Source of the DNA: Candidatus Kapaibacterium sp.
GTDB taxonomy: Bacteria > Bacteroidota > Ignavibacteria > Kapaibacteriales > UBA2268
Reading direction: 5' to 3'
DNA length: 64,000 nt
NCBI GenBank assembly: GCA_035445085.1
Contig: DAOMQA010000001.1
Location: 118,374 to 182,373, forward strand
Position numbers and translations under genes: made by a program. A model generated the notes under the pieces. That model was not told where the DNA came from. It worked only from the letters and a program-made list of their open reading frames with translations, and made no database searches. Of this stretch, positions 19,895 through 29,468 are shown piece by piece. Position 1 is the first letter of the stretch, and every line of letters starts with the position of its first letter.

Positions 19895-21600
19895 TCGTTT
19901 AGGTCCAATTCTGGAAATATAGAATTTCTTTTTTCGGTCTCTTCCAAATACTTTAGGTCATTTTGTGGCAAAACTTGCTTGTCCATATATTTTTCTAAGG
20001 AATCACATAATCTATTAAAATCAGAATGATGGTTTGCAAACCTCATCTCTGCATAATCTTTGGCTGACTCTGTATAAATTAAGAACTGCCAATCTGATGA
20101 TTGTAATAATAAAAGCTCTTTTAATATTTGTAAAAGAATTCTTTTTCCTTGAGCATCAATGTTTTCATTAAAGTATTGTCGATATAGATTATCAAACCTT
20201 AATTCATCATTATAAATACTCTCCCAAGTCCACTTATTTTCCTCATTACTCCATACTGTATGGTCATTATTAACTCCCCATGAACCTTCAGGAATAGAAA
20301 TAATTTCTTTAGGATTTATTATTCTATATTGTTCTTCAGCGGTTACCATATTAACATAGGGCGACTGGTGAAGTCCTTTAATTACAGAACGTAAAAATTC
20401 TGGACCCTCGAACCACCAATGACCAAATAATTCAGTATCAAATGGTGTAGTAACTGTAGATAATTTGCCAGACTGTGCATTATAATAATTTGAGGCATTT
20501 TCTAAATTATGAATAAAATGATTTGACTGTTTATCAATTTTATCCTTAGTCCAATCTGGATGATATAATGTTTTATACATCATATCAGCTTTGCTATCAG
20601 TAACTCTCCAATATCTATGCATAGATGGGAAATGTTTTTTATGAAAATCTAAATAATCTGGCTCGGCAGGGTAGCCAATTTGCCCGCTCCACACTTGCAT
20701 AGATAAATCGTGATGTCTTGTAAAAATTGCGGCTGTACCATATTCTATTTTTTCTGATGAAGCAACCTCATAAATCCTTAGTGGATTTTTGTCGAATTCC
20801 CAATTTTTATGAATAAAGTTAGGTGAATTAAATGGAACAAATCCTTCCTTATTATTTGCCGTAAATTCTCCTATTGGACTCATTCTTTTGAGTAAATCCT
20901 CATCTGTTACAAAATATTTTATACCGTGTGTAGCTAAAATTTGCTCAACCCCAGTTCTTAATTTTTTTGAATTAAAGGGAGTAATTGGTAAGTAGGTTTG
21001 CCATTCATACGACGGTCTATAGGCGCATTCTGGCAACCATATTCCTTTAGGCTCTCTCCCAAAGTATTTTTTATAGTTTTTAACGGCTGTAGCTACTTGT
21101 AGATTTATGCTTTTATCAAATCCTAATAAAGGGAAATACCCATGCGTGGCGCCACACGTCATAATTTCGATAGCATTTTGGTCTTGAAGCTGTTTAAGTC
21201 CATTTATTATAGATGAGTCATATTTCTTAATGTAATCTTCTTTTTTATTTGTGTACCACTCTTCCCAAAAATTGGTTAGCCAAATATGGTGTTCGTCATA
21301 GCCCCAATTTTTAAAGTTTTGCCTATCTTCTTGAGCAGATTTGATTTTTTGCTCACAGTATTCGATAAAAATTTTCTTAAAGTCTTTATGCTCTAATTGC
21401 TCGCATAAAATAGGCGATATATCTAATGTAACTTTAGGAACTATCCCTTCACTTAAGCAATCATTAAAAACGTTTAACAAAGGGATGTAGCATTCGGCAA
21501 CTGCTTCGCTAAGCCAATCTACCCCGTGGGGCCAATTGCCATGATGCAGTACCCAAGGCAAGTGAGTATGTAATATTAAAACATAATTTCCAGAGTGCAT
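19873..21600 (-). CDS. glycoside hydrolase family 57 protein (alpha-glucan branching enzyme/amylase type)
   Basis: N-terminal VLILHTHLPWV...GNWPHG is a GH57 hallmark. Confidence 0.8.
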   Translation of the reverse strand: MHSGNYVLILHTHLPWVLHHGNWPHGVDWLSEAVAECYIPLLNVFNDCLSEGIVPKVTLDISPILCEQLEHKDFKKIFIEYCEQKIKSAQEDRQNFKNWGYDEHHIWLTNFWEEWYTNKKEDYIKKYDSSIINGLKQLQDQNAIEIMTCGATHGYFPLLGFDKSINLQVATAVKNYKKYFGREPKGIWLPECAYRPSYEWQTYLPITPFNSKKLRTGVEQILATHGIKYFVTDEDLLKRMSPIGEFTANNKEGFVPFNSPNFIHKNWEFDKNPLRIYEVASSEKIEYGTAAIFTRHHDLSMQVWSGQIGYPAEPDYLDFHKKHFPSMHRYWRVTDSKADMMYKTLYHPDWTKDKIDKQSNHFIHNLENASNYYNAQSGKLSTVTTPFDTELFGHWWFEGPEFLRSVIKGLHQSPYVNMVTAEEQYRIINPKEIISIPEGSWGVNNDHTVWSNEENKWTWESIYNDELRFDNLYRQYFNENIDAQGKRILLQILKELLLLQSSDWQFLIYTESAKDYAEMRFANHHSDFNRLCDSLEKYMDKQVLPQNDLKYLEETEKRNSIFPELDLNDWKEVYS

Positions 21601-21846
21601 TATACCCCCATATTTCCTAATAAGAAAATCCTTTAAGTTTCAAAAATACTTATTTTCATCACTAATTTCAAATAATGTCAATATATAAATTAGTAGCTAT
21701 ATTAATTTGGTTTAATCAACTTCTCTATACACTCTTTTTTTACACTTCTATTGAAAAAATAAATCTGAAATAATTATTATATAATATTAGAAATATTTTT
21801 GCTAATTTAGAATTGGTTTAATTATCAATACGGTCTAATAATTATT

Positions 21847-22836
21847 ATGCAAGAAGATGAATTATTTTATCAAAAAAAAGTATTTAACTCTATATCCGAC
21901 CCTAGCAGTCTATTTACCACTACAAGTGGCAAAAGATTGCAGTTTTTATCGCCAGGTAAAATCAAAAGAACTGGACCTGACTTTGAAGATATTGCTATTT
22001 TGATAAACGGCTTTTTAGTTGTTGGCGATTGTGAATTTCATATAAATAGTTCAGATTGGGTAGGACATCGGCACGAGGACAACGATAAGTATAAAACGGT
22101 TATCTTGCATATAGTGTTGAATAATGATACACAAATCAAAGGTGCTTTTGAGACATTAGTTTTAAGCAAAGAATTATTGCAAGATAGCTCTGACACTAAT
22201 ACTGAAGAATCGACCCCAGAAGTAGAAGAAATACAAAATTTTGCCTTATTAAGGCTTTTAAGAAAAACATCTGTGGCAAAAAATCTCTTAAATCATCATT
22301 CTTTACAAGATACCTTACAAATCTTGTCGCAAGAATTTATTCATCAATATGAATCAAAGCTACATCGCCCTAAATATAAACAAGCAAATTTAAGTAATTT
22401 AATTGACTCTATTTCTGATTCGGAACTATACAACTTTGTAGTAGCAATATCAGAAAATAAGAGTATTTCTATTCCTGACAAACTACAATCATTAGTAAGA
22501 ACAAAACTTTTGAACGAAGGTCCACACCTAAGACGAGAATTAATACTAAACGCTGTTATCCCCTTAGTTTTATCTTTAGCTAACGACGAAAATCGTATAA
22601 ATATTTTTGTATGGTATTGGTCTACCCCAGCTCTAAATTCCTATGGCATATTGAATAGAAAATTTCCTAATAAACCACAAAACTTCCTATGGCAACAGCA
22701 AGGAATGTTAGAATATTTACGCGAATATGGCAAACGTACAAATATTATAGCAGAATCATTTAGACGCTATGACTTCTTTGAAGTTCTTAGCTTCTACAAG
22801 CATGGTAGATTACCTTTAGAGTTATTAGAAAATTAG
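21847..22836 (+). CDS. hypothetical protein
   Basis: ORF only. Preceded by a 247-bp AT-rich divergent intergenic region containing a TATTTTTG motif at 21794-21801, a candidate Bacteroidota -7 promoter element. Confidence 0.45.
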   Translation: MQEDELFYQKKVFNSISDPSSLFTTTSGKRLQFLSPGKIKRTGPDFEDIAILINGFLVVGDCEFHINSSDWVGHRHEDNDKYKTVILHIVLNNDTQIKGAFETLVLSKELLQDSSDTNTEESTPEVEEIQNFALLRLLRKTSVAKNLLNHHSLQDTLQILSQEFIHQYESKLHRPKYKQANLSNLIDSISDSELYNFVVAISENKSISIPDKLQSLVRTKLLNEGPHLRRELILNAVIPLVLSLANDENRINIFVWYWSTPALNSYGILNRKFPNKPQNFLWQQQGMLEYLREYGKRTNIIAESFRRYDFFEVLSFYKHGRLPLELLEN

Positions 22837-23813
22837 CCAATAATTTTAACAATTTCTTCGGCAACCCTTAGTGCTTCGGATGCTTCGTTAGCATTCACTG
22901 CAATAGGTATATTATCTTGTATTGCTGCAACAAAAGCGTTTTGCTCTTCAGCTATTGCATTAATTTTGTCTATGTGTGGTTTTTCAAAGTATATATTTCT
23001 ATTATTAGAACCAGTATCAATAGACCCCAACATCATAGCAGGTACCCCATCAGTAGAATTTAGCCCTTCATCATATATTTTATATATTTCTACATTCTGC
23101 TCTTGAAAATCTAAAGAAATATAAGCATCTTTCTGGAATATACGCATTTTTCGCATAGGATTTGCTGATATTCTGGAGGCTGTAATATTTGCTGTAAGAC
23201 CATTCTCAAATTTTAACCTAGCGTTGGCTATATCTATACTATCGCTTAATACAGAAACTCCATTAGCATCAATATTAGTTATTTTTGATTTTGCAAGCCA
23301 GAGGATAATGTCTATATCGTGTATCATTAAATCATGAATAACAGACACATCTAAAGCTCGAGGTTTGAATTGACTCAATCTATGTGCTTCAATAAAAAGC
23401 GGATTGATATTATATGCCTTAATTGCTTTAATTGCGGGATTAAACCTTTCTACATGCCCTACTTGAATTAGTACTTTATTTTTTTTAGCACTTTCAATTA
23501 AATCGATAGATTCTTGATAAGTATTTGTAATTGGTTTTTCAATTAAGCAATGTTTACCACTTTGTATACATTGCTTAGCTACTTCCCAATGATAAATCGT
23601 AGGAACAGCAATAGTTGTAGCATCAGAATTTTCAATTACCTCCTCAATAGAATTGAAATTTGTGCAATTATAATCATTAGATATTTTATTTGATTTTTCT
23701 TTATCTACATCAAAAATACCAACCAATTCGACATTAGGGTTTAGCGACCATAATTTAGTATGAATACTGCCAAGGTGGCCAGCTCCAACTACAGATACCT
23801 TCAGTTTTGACAT
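22833..23813 (-). CDS. Gfo/Idh/MocA family oxidoreductase
   Basis: Rossmann motif VSVVGAGHLGSIH and EKP motif. Confidence 0.75.
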   Translation of the reverse strand: MSKLKVSVVGAGHLGSIHTKLWSLNPNVELVGIFDVDKEKSNKISNDYNCTNFNSIEEVIENSDATTIAVPTIYHWEVAKQCIQSGKHCLIEKPITNTYQESIDLIESAKKNKVLIQVGHVERFNPAIKAIKAYNINPLFIEAHRLSQFKPRALDVSVIHDLMIHDIDIILWLAKSKITNIDANGVSVLSDSIDIANARLKFENGLTANITASRISANPMRKMRIFQKDAYISLDFQEQNVEIYKIYDEGLNSTDGVPAMMLGSIDTGSNNRNIYFEKPHIDKINAIAEEQNAFVAAIQDNIPIAVNANEASEALRVAEEIVKIIG

Positions 23814-23865
23814 TTTTTAACTTTTAGTTTAAATTATAAATAAGCATCGTTACATGGACGAATGA

Positions 23866-24762
23866 TTAAGATTTTGGATGTGCTTTTTTATATTGCTCTT
23901 TTAATCTTTCAATTGATAGATGCGTGTAAATCTGTGTTGTATTAAGCGATGAGTGCCCCAGCATTTCGCCTACACTTCTAATATCAGCCCCATTATCTAA
24001 TAAGTGTGTTGCAAATGTATGCCTTAAGGTATGCGGGCTTTTTTTGCTTACTTCGGTTTTACCTTGCATTCGACTCTTAATTATCTTATAAGCCATTGCT
24101 GGACTTAGCCTTTTTCCTTTCTTATCAATAAACAATGGGCATTCATAGTTAGACTTAGTTAAAGCAAGTAATGTTTTTTTATAATCATAATATAAGTTAA
24201 TAAATGTATGAGTTATTGGCACTACTCTTTCTTTGTTGCCCTTCCCTACAACTCTAATTATTGCCTCACTTGCATTAATACTATCTATATTAAGCTGCAA
24301 TGCCTCGCTTATACGTAAACCAGAGCCATATAATAATTCGATTAAAGTTCTATCGCGAATATCCCAAATATTATCAAGTTCAATATCATTTATGATGTTG
24401 AGTATCTCACTCTTTTGAATGTATTGTGGTAGCCTTTTGGCTTTTTTGGGAGATAGCACTGCTTGAGCAGGGTTATGTACTATTATTTCTTTCTTCTTAA
24501 GATACTTAAAAAATGATTTTACAGCTGAAATGCGTTGCTTTAAAGTAGCACGCTTATAGCCTTTATCATCTAACCAACCAAGGTATGGTTTGATATCTTC
24601 ACTTTCTATACACTCAATTTGTGGTGATGCTTCATAAAATTCTTTAAAGAAAGAAATGAACTCTTCTAATCCATATTTATAAGAAATAATTGTGTTGTGC
24701 GAATAAGATTTCTCGCTTTGGCAATACACCAAAAATTTTATAATCAATTGTTCAATGTTCAT
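23866..24762 (-). CDS. tyrosine site-specific recombinase, XerC/XerD-like
   Basis: Catalytic-region motifs (R…HTLRHTFATHLL…GHSSLNTTQIYTHL). The ORF-track start at 24855 adds 31 improbable residues; the second Met (MNIEQLIIKF) at 24762 is the likely start. Confidence 0.8.
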   Translation of the reverse strand: MNIEQLIIKFLVYCQSEKSYSHNTIISYKYGLEEFISFFKEFYEASPQIECIESEDIKPYLGWLDDKGYKRATLKQRISAVKSFFKYLKKKEIIVHNPAQAVLSPKKAKRLPQYIQKSEILNIINDIELDNIWDIRDRTLIELLYGSGLRISEALQLNIDSINASEAIIRVVGKGNKERVVPITHTFINLYYDYKKTLLALTKSNYECPLFIDKKGKRLSPAMAYKIIKSRMQGKTEVSKKSPHTLRHTFATHLLDNGADIRSVGEMLGHSSLNTTQIYTHLSIERLKEQYKKAHPKS

Positions 24763-24879
24763 AATCCAAATACAACAAAAAGTAAGCCAAAAATAATTCT
24801 TTAAAAATTGAAATATGCTTGAAAAAATACAATAATATAATGTATATTTATTCATTACTAAATTGATTAAACGATTTAT

Positions 24880-27800
24880 TTGTTTGTGGTGTATATGAAA
24901 TATATTTACATTTTGTGTATCTTAATATTATCTTCAATTATCGATATTTTAGCGCAGCCAGCAATTTCTTATATTACGCCCGATATAGGCGCTCCTGGAA
25001 TGGCAGTATACGTAGAATTTATAGGACCACATAATAAGAAAAATAACTTTGGAATAGATGGCGTATATATTGCCAAATCTCAAGATACGGAGATAATTCT
25101 ATCTGACAACTCAGATATAGGTAAGGTAAAATTAGGACCTCTCGTAGTCAGTTGGGAGGGTAGAATGATTTCTACTATAATCTATATAAATGATAATTTA
25201 AATCCAGATAAATATGACGCCTTATCAGCAAACCCTAATTATCAAATAGAATTACAAGTAAAAGTAAATGGACAAGTTTCTAATTCACAAACATTTTATA
25301 TCGTAAAATCAAGACCATTTATTGACTTAACAAGTGCAGCATATTCAAAGGATTCGGTTTTTGGTGCTAATAATTTAGGCAAGCGTTCTCCACGTGGCGT
25401 CTTGATATTTGATTCTATCAAATTAGCTCCACGTAAATATTGGGTAAGCTCTGAAGATTGCGATCCTAATGTTGCTGGTAACCAAGCCTTTTTACCTTTT
25501 AACTTATTAGTTAAAGGGAAAATTTACGGTACTGCAAATGCTTCTATAATTAGTGTTAATGGTGGCGAAGTTCTTGAAAATGGCAAATTAAACAATATAG
25601 TTCAAGATGCTCCTGCTGGTGGTGGTGCTGGTGGTGGAAGTTTTGCCGATATATTTGGTATGGGCATTAGAGGCGGGAACGGTTTTACTGGCGGTGGCGC
25701 CGGTGGAAGAAATAAAAGCGGTAATCCTTTTTCAAGTGATAAATTTACTGACCCCTCGGATGGTTCAGGTCCAAGATTAGACAATAACTATGGTGGTTAT
25801 AGCTTAAACGGTGTGCCCGGTCCTAAACAAGCTGCTTATGAAGCTGCTGCTGGTGGCACAGGGCACCCCTTTGGTCGCTCTGGTGAAGGATGTGGCGATG
25901 GTGGAGCTTGTGAACCGACAGGTAGAGAAGGTGGAGGTAGTGGCTGGAAGCAAAACTCACCCGGAGGTAGTGGCGGCTATGCAACGGAAGGTAGTAGTAC
26001 TACAATCGATAGTATTAACGGCGGTAAGCCTTATGGAAATATAATGGTCGTACCTATTGCAGGCGGTTCTGGAGGTGCTGGAGGCAACCCTCAATGTTTT
26101 CCATCTGGCACTAGTGCTGCTGGTGGCGGAGGTGGAGGAGCTATCAGACTAAGCGCCTTATCTATTGAAGGAATAAACTTTGAAGCAAGAGGAGCTAATG
26201 GAGCTACAAATGCTTGCGATAATAGCTTAGGTGGCAGTGGCTCTGGAGGGCATATTGGTATTCAATCTAAGCTAAAAATTAATAAATTAAGAATTAATGT
26301 AGATGGTGGTAATAATAGTGTTACTTTTGGTGGTAGTGGAAGGGTAAGGTTCGACTATCCATCTGCTTTAGATTTAAACCTATCTACTGCTAATGCAAGC
26401 TCATATAGAGGACCAACAACAGATACTTCCCATATTATTATGTCAAATCATATTTTGACAGGCACTCAAGCTAACGGCAAAACTTCACATTTATACATAA
26501 GTAAAGATAGTGATGACTGGAGATTATTAGCAACTCTGACCGATGAAAATTGGTCTTATGATCTAACAAGTTTTTTGAATAAGAGGTCTGGTATATATTA
26601 TGTAGCGGTTGCTACTATTGTCAATAATCCTGTAATAACAGAATATGCAGCCGAACCTCACGAAGTATTATCTGCGGCGGCAACCAATATCCTAAAATTA
26701 GATTTAAGACCATTTGTAAATGGAATTAAGAATGTAGAAGCAAGAAAAATATATTGTGTCGGCGAGACAATGGTATTATCGGCAAAAATATGGAATCAAG
26801 CAAACGCAGAAGCAAATTTAGAATTACAGTTTTCTGATGCTAATTGGTTGATGGGAAATAATGGGTTTAAAATATTAGGTCCTGAAACAAACGGTATTTA
26901 TGGTATCAAACCAGGTGATACATCGGAAATTTTAGTAGAATATACTATGCCTGTAGGAGCAGACCCAAGTCAAAAAGCTACAAATACATTAATAATACCT
27001 TCAAACGATCCTGAATATCCATTAGGAACAGATTGGAGAATAGTATTTACAATCGATGAGGCGTTTACTCCTAAACTAACTTATGTTGGAACGCCCAATT
27101 TAAGTTTTATAGATACGAGGGTTGGCGATTCTAATACATTATCATACTCTATGAAAAATACTGGCGATGCAAACTTATATCTATCTTATATTCAAAGTAT
27201 TCCTGCGCCATATTCATTAGTGTCCACAGCTCCAGTATTACCTACTCTTTTAAAAGTTGGCGACGAAATCCAAGTAAACCTAAAATTCTCACCTAAAACA
27301 AAGGGTGATTTTTCAAGTATAATTACTCTAATTGCCGCAGGAACCGATACGACTTGCCAATTAGAACAACACACTGAAGTGAAAGGCAAAGCCGTTGTTA
27401 CTGATATTGATGTACCCTTACAAATTAATTTAGGTTTAATACCTTATTGTCAGGATAGTGTTATTTTTGCAATTCCAGTAAAAAACGAGTCTTCAGCTAC
27501 ATTTAAAATAACTTCAAAGTCAAAACTGATAGGTCAAGATGCAGATTTATTTACAGTAGTAAGCGATCAACAAGATGAATTAATAGTACAACCTGGCGAG
27601 GGTACTATATACAAAATTAAATTTAACCCTGTAAAATCAAGAAAAGGACCTATAAGTGCTCAATTCTTCTTTACAACCGATGACACAAATTTTGATACAA
27701 TATATGTAGATATAACGGCAGAAATAGTTGGCTTTGAAGCTAAAGCAAACCCAAGCACTATTAATTTAGGTAATGTAGCAGTCGGCTTTGAAATTAATTC

Positions 27801-29457
27801 AAGTTTCGACATCAATAATAGTGCTAAGCTCAACAATAAAATTGCATTAATAAGCTCACAATCAAATTTTGCACAAATACAAGCATTAGCTGATAGTACG
27901 CTTTTAGCAGTAAATGGTGGTAAGACTATTGATTTTTCGTTATATCCCCAAAAAGCTGGTCTTATAGATGACTCAATCACTGTGTATTTTAATGAACCTT
28001 GCTTTGATTCTTTAGTTGTTTATATCAAGGGTAATGCTATTTTGTCAAAACCGTTAGTATATTTTGATAGTGATATTATAATAAAAGATACTAACAATAC
28101 TGACACACGGGAAACCTCATTCGGATATTTTTCAGTTTGTGAATCTCAAAAGTTTAGAAAATTAACAGAGTATATCAACTCGTCCGAAGCGCCGTATATA
28201 GTCTTAAAAGAGGAATTGATAAATGATGCTGGCGGTAGATACAAGCTCTTAAGTAGTTCTTTAGTTCTTCCAGATACTATTTCCCCAAGCGGTAGCACTA
28301 AATTCCCCGGAGCTATAATTGAATTTAATCCAACTGGAGCGTCGGTTGGCGATATTGTAGGCATTTATAGAATTACGATTTATATCAATGGTACGATTAA
28401 AGAGTATGATATTACCTTGAGATCAAGGATATATAGTGGTAAATTTACGATTAGTGAAAATCCTATTAGCATCTTAGGCGTTGTAGGAACAAATACTCAG
28501 AAGAATTTTACAATTACTAATAATGGTCCTGAAGCTTTAATTATTAACAATCATATAGCACCTTTTAATTCAAGCGTATTTATAATTACTCCAAATCCAG
28601 ATGGTTTAATTATACCAATGGGGCAAAGCCAAGTTTTCCAAATTAGCTTTAACCCAACGTTAATTACAACATACTTAGATAGTATTACATTTATAGGTAC
28701 AAACTCAAATTGTGATACGACCTTCGTTGTACTATTAAATGGTAAAGGCGAGCCTTCCAAAGAATTACTTGTATATATACCAGCAATAACAAGCAACCCA
28801 TCAAGTAGGAACTTTAAATTACCTATATATGGCAAATTCAAAAAAGCTACCGATAGTATGGATAATATGAATATATTTTTCAAGTTGAGACTAAATAGGA
28901 GCCTTTATTATCCTGAAAACATTGAAGGTGGAATTATTGATAATAATCAAATTGATGGACGTGATAGAGTTTTAGATTTAGAATTTAATAATATTAAGGT
29001 AAGCCCAAGCGATACGCTAATTGGCAACTTGATTGGAACAACTATGCTTGGAGATAGTAAATTTACGGATTTGATAATTTCGGATTTAGATATATTAGAA
29101 CGCAACTTAGTTAGCACAATTGAGGGAGTAAACGGTAAATTAACAATTGAAATTTGTGAAGAGGGTGATAGCCGCTTATTAGAGCATAATTTAAACCCAT
29201 TTAGAACCATAATAAATCCAAATCCAGCTCAAGATGTTGTCAATATTACCATAAATACCTTAGAGAGAGGCAAACATATTGCTGTAATAAGTGATTTGTC
29301 TGGTAGAGAATTATTTAAGATAGATTGGAATCCGATAAATAGTGGCGAAGAAAAGCAATTCCTATTAGATGTTAGCAACTTTGATTCTGGCATTTATTTT
29401 ATCCAAGTATATTCGCCTAATGATGTAATTTATTCAAAAATTAATATAATAAAATAA
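24880..29457 (+). CDS. giant secreted protein with Gly-rich low-complexity region, multiple Ig-like/beta-sandwich repeats and T9SS C-terminal sorting domain
   Basis: Signal peptide. Gly-rich stretch at aa ~245-480. C-terminal NPNPAQDVVNITIN…SGIYFIQVYSPN is a type-A T9SS C-terminal domain. Confidence 0.65.
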   Translation: MFVVYMKYIYILCILILSSIIDILAQPAISYITPDIGAPGMAVYVEFIGPHNKKNNFGIDGVYIAKSQDTEIILSDNSDIGKVKLGPLVVSWEGRMISTIIYINDNLNPDKYDALSANPNYQIELQVKVNGQVSNSQTFYIVKSRPFIDLTSAAYSKDSVFGANNLGKRSPRGVLIFDSIKLAPRKYWVSSEDCDPNVAGNQAFLPFNLLVKGKIYGTANASIISVNGGEVLENGKLNNIVQDAPAGGGAGGGSFADIFGMGIRGGNGFTGGGAGGRNKSGNPFSSDKFTDPSDGSGPRLDNNYGGYSLNGVPGPKQAAYEAAAGGTGHPFGRSGEGCGDGGACEPTGREGGGSGWKQNSPGGSGGYATEGSSTTIDSINGGKPYGNIMVVPIAGGSGGAGGNPQCFPSGTSAAGGGGGGAIRLSALSIEGINFEARGANGATNACDNSLGGSGSGGHIGIQSKLKINKLRINVDGGNNSVTFGGSGRVRFDYPSALDLNLSTANASSYRGPTTDTSHIIMSNHILTGTQANGKTSHLYISKDSDDWRLLATLTDENWSYDLTSFLNKRSGIYYVAVATIVNNPVITEYAAEPHEVLSAAATNILKLDLRPFVNGIKNVEARKIYCVGETMVLSAKIWNQANAEANLELQFSDANWLMGNNGFKILGPETNGIYGIKPGDTSEILVEYTMPVGADPSQKATNTLIIPSNDPEYPLGTDWRIVFTIDEAFTPKLTYVGTPNLSFIDTRVGDSNTLSYSMKNTGDANLYLSYIQSIPAPYSLVSTAPVLPTLLKVGDEIQVNLKFSPKTKGDFSSIITLIAAGTDTTCQLEQHTEVKGKAVVTDIDVPLQINLGLIPYCQDSVIFAIPVKNESSATFKITSKSKLIGQDADLFTVVSDQQDELIVQPGEGTIYKIKFNPVKSRKGPISAQFFFTTDDTNFDTIYVDITAEIVGFEAKANPSTINLGNVAVGFEINSSFDINNSAKLNNKIALISSQSNFAQIQALADSTLLAVNGGKTIDFSLYPQKAGLIDDSITVYFNEPCFDSLVVYIKGNAILSKPLVYFDSDIIIKDTNNTDTRETSFGYFSVCESQKFRKLTEYINSSEAPYIVLKEELINDAGGRYKLLSSSLVLPDTISPSGSTKFPGAIIEFNPTGASVGDIVGIYRITIYINGTIKEYDITLRSRIYSGKFTISENPISILGVVGTNTQKNFTITNNGPEALIINNHIAPFNSSVFIITPNPDGLIIPMGQSQVFQISFNPTLITTYLDSITFIGTNSNCDTTFVVLLNGKGEPSKELLVYIPAITSNPSSRNFKLPIYGKFKKATDSMDNMNIFFKLRLNRSLYYPENIEGGIIDNNQIDGRDRVLDLEFNNIKVSPSDTLIGNLIGTTMLGDSKFTDLIISDLDILERNLVSTIEGVNGKLTIEICEEGDSRLLEHNLNPFRTIINPNPAQDVVNITINTLERGKHIAVISDLSGRELFKIDWNPINSGEEKQFLLDVSNFDSGIYFIQVYSPNDVIYSKINIIK
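25600..26350 (+). repeat. Gly-codon-rich low-complexity coding segment (local GC spike)
   Basis: Runs of GGT/GGC/GGA codons (…GGGAGGGS…GGSGGAGG…AAGGGGGGA…). These produce a PPAPP mirror ORF on the opposite strand. Confidence 0.6.
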
Positions 29458-29468
29458 TTAAGGTACCA

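Noticed and set aside
25602-26044. Reverse and alternate-frame ORFs (PPAPP-rich 60 aa, and a 77-aa + frame) inside the giant T9SS gene
   Set aside because: They mirror the Gly-codon-rich segment (GGN ↔ NCC gives Pro/Ala) and have no independent support.
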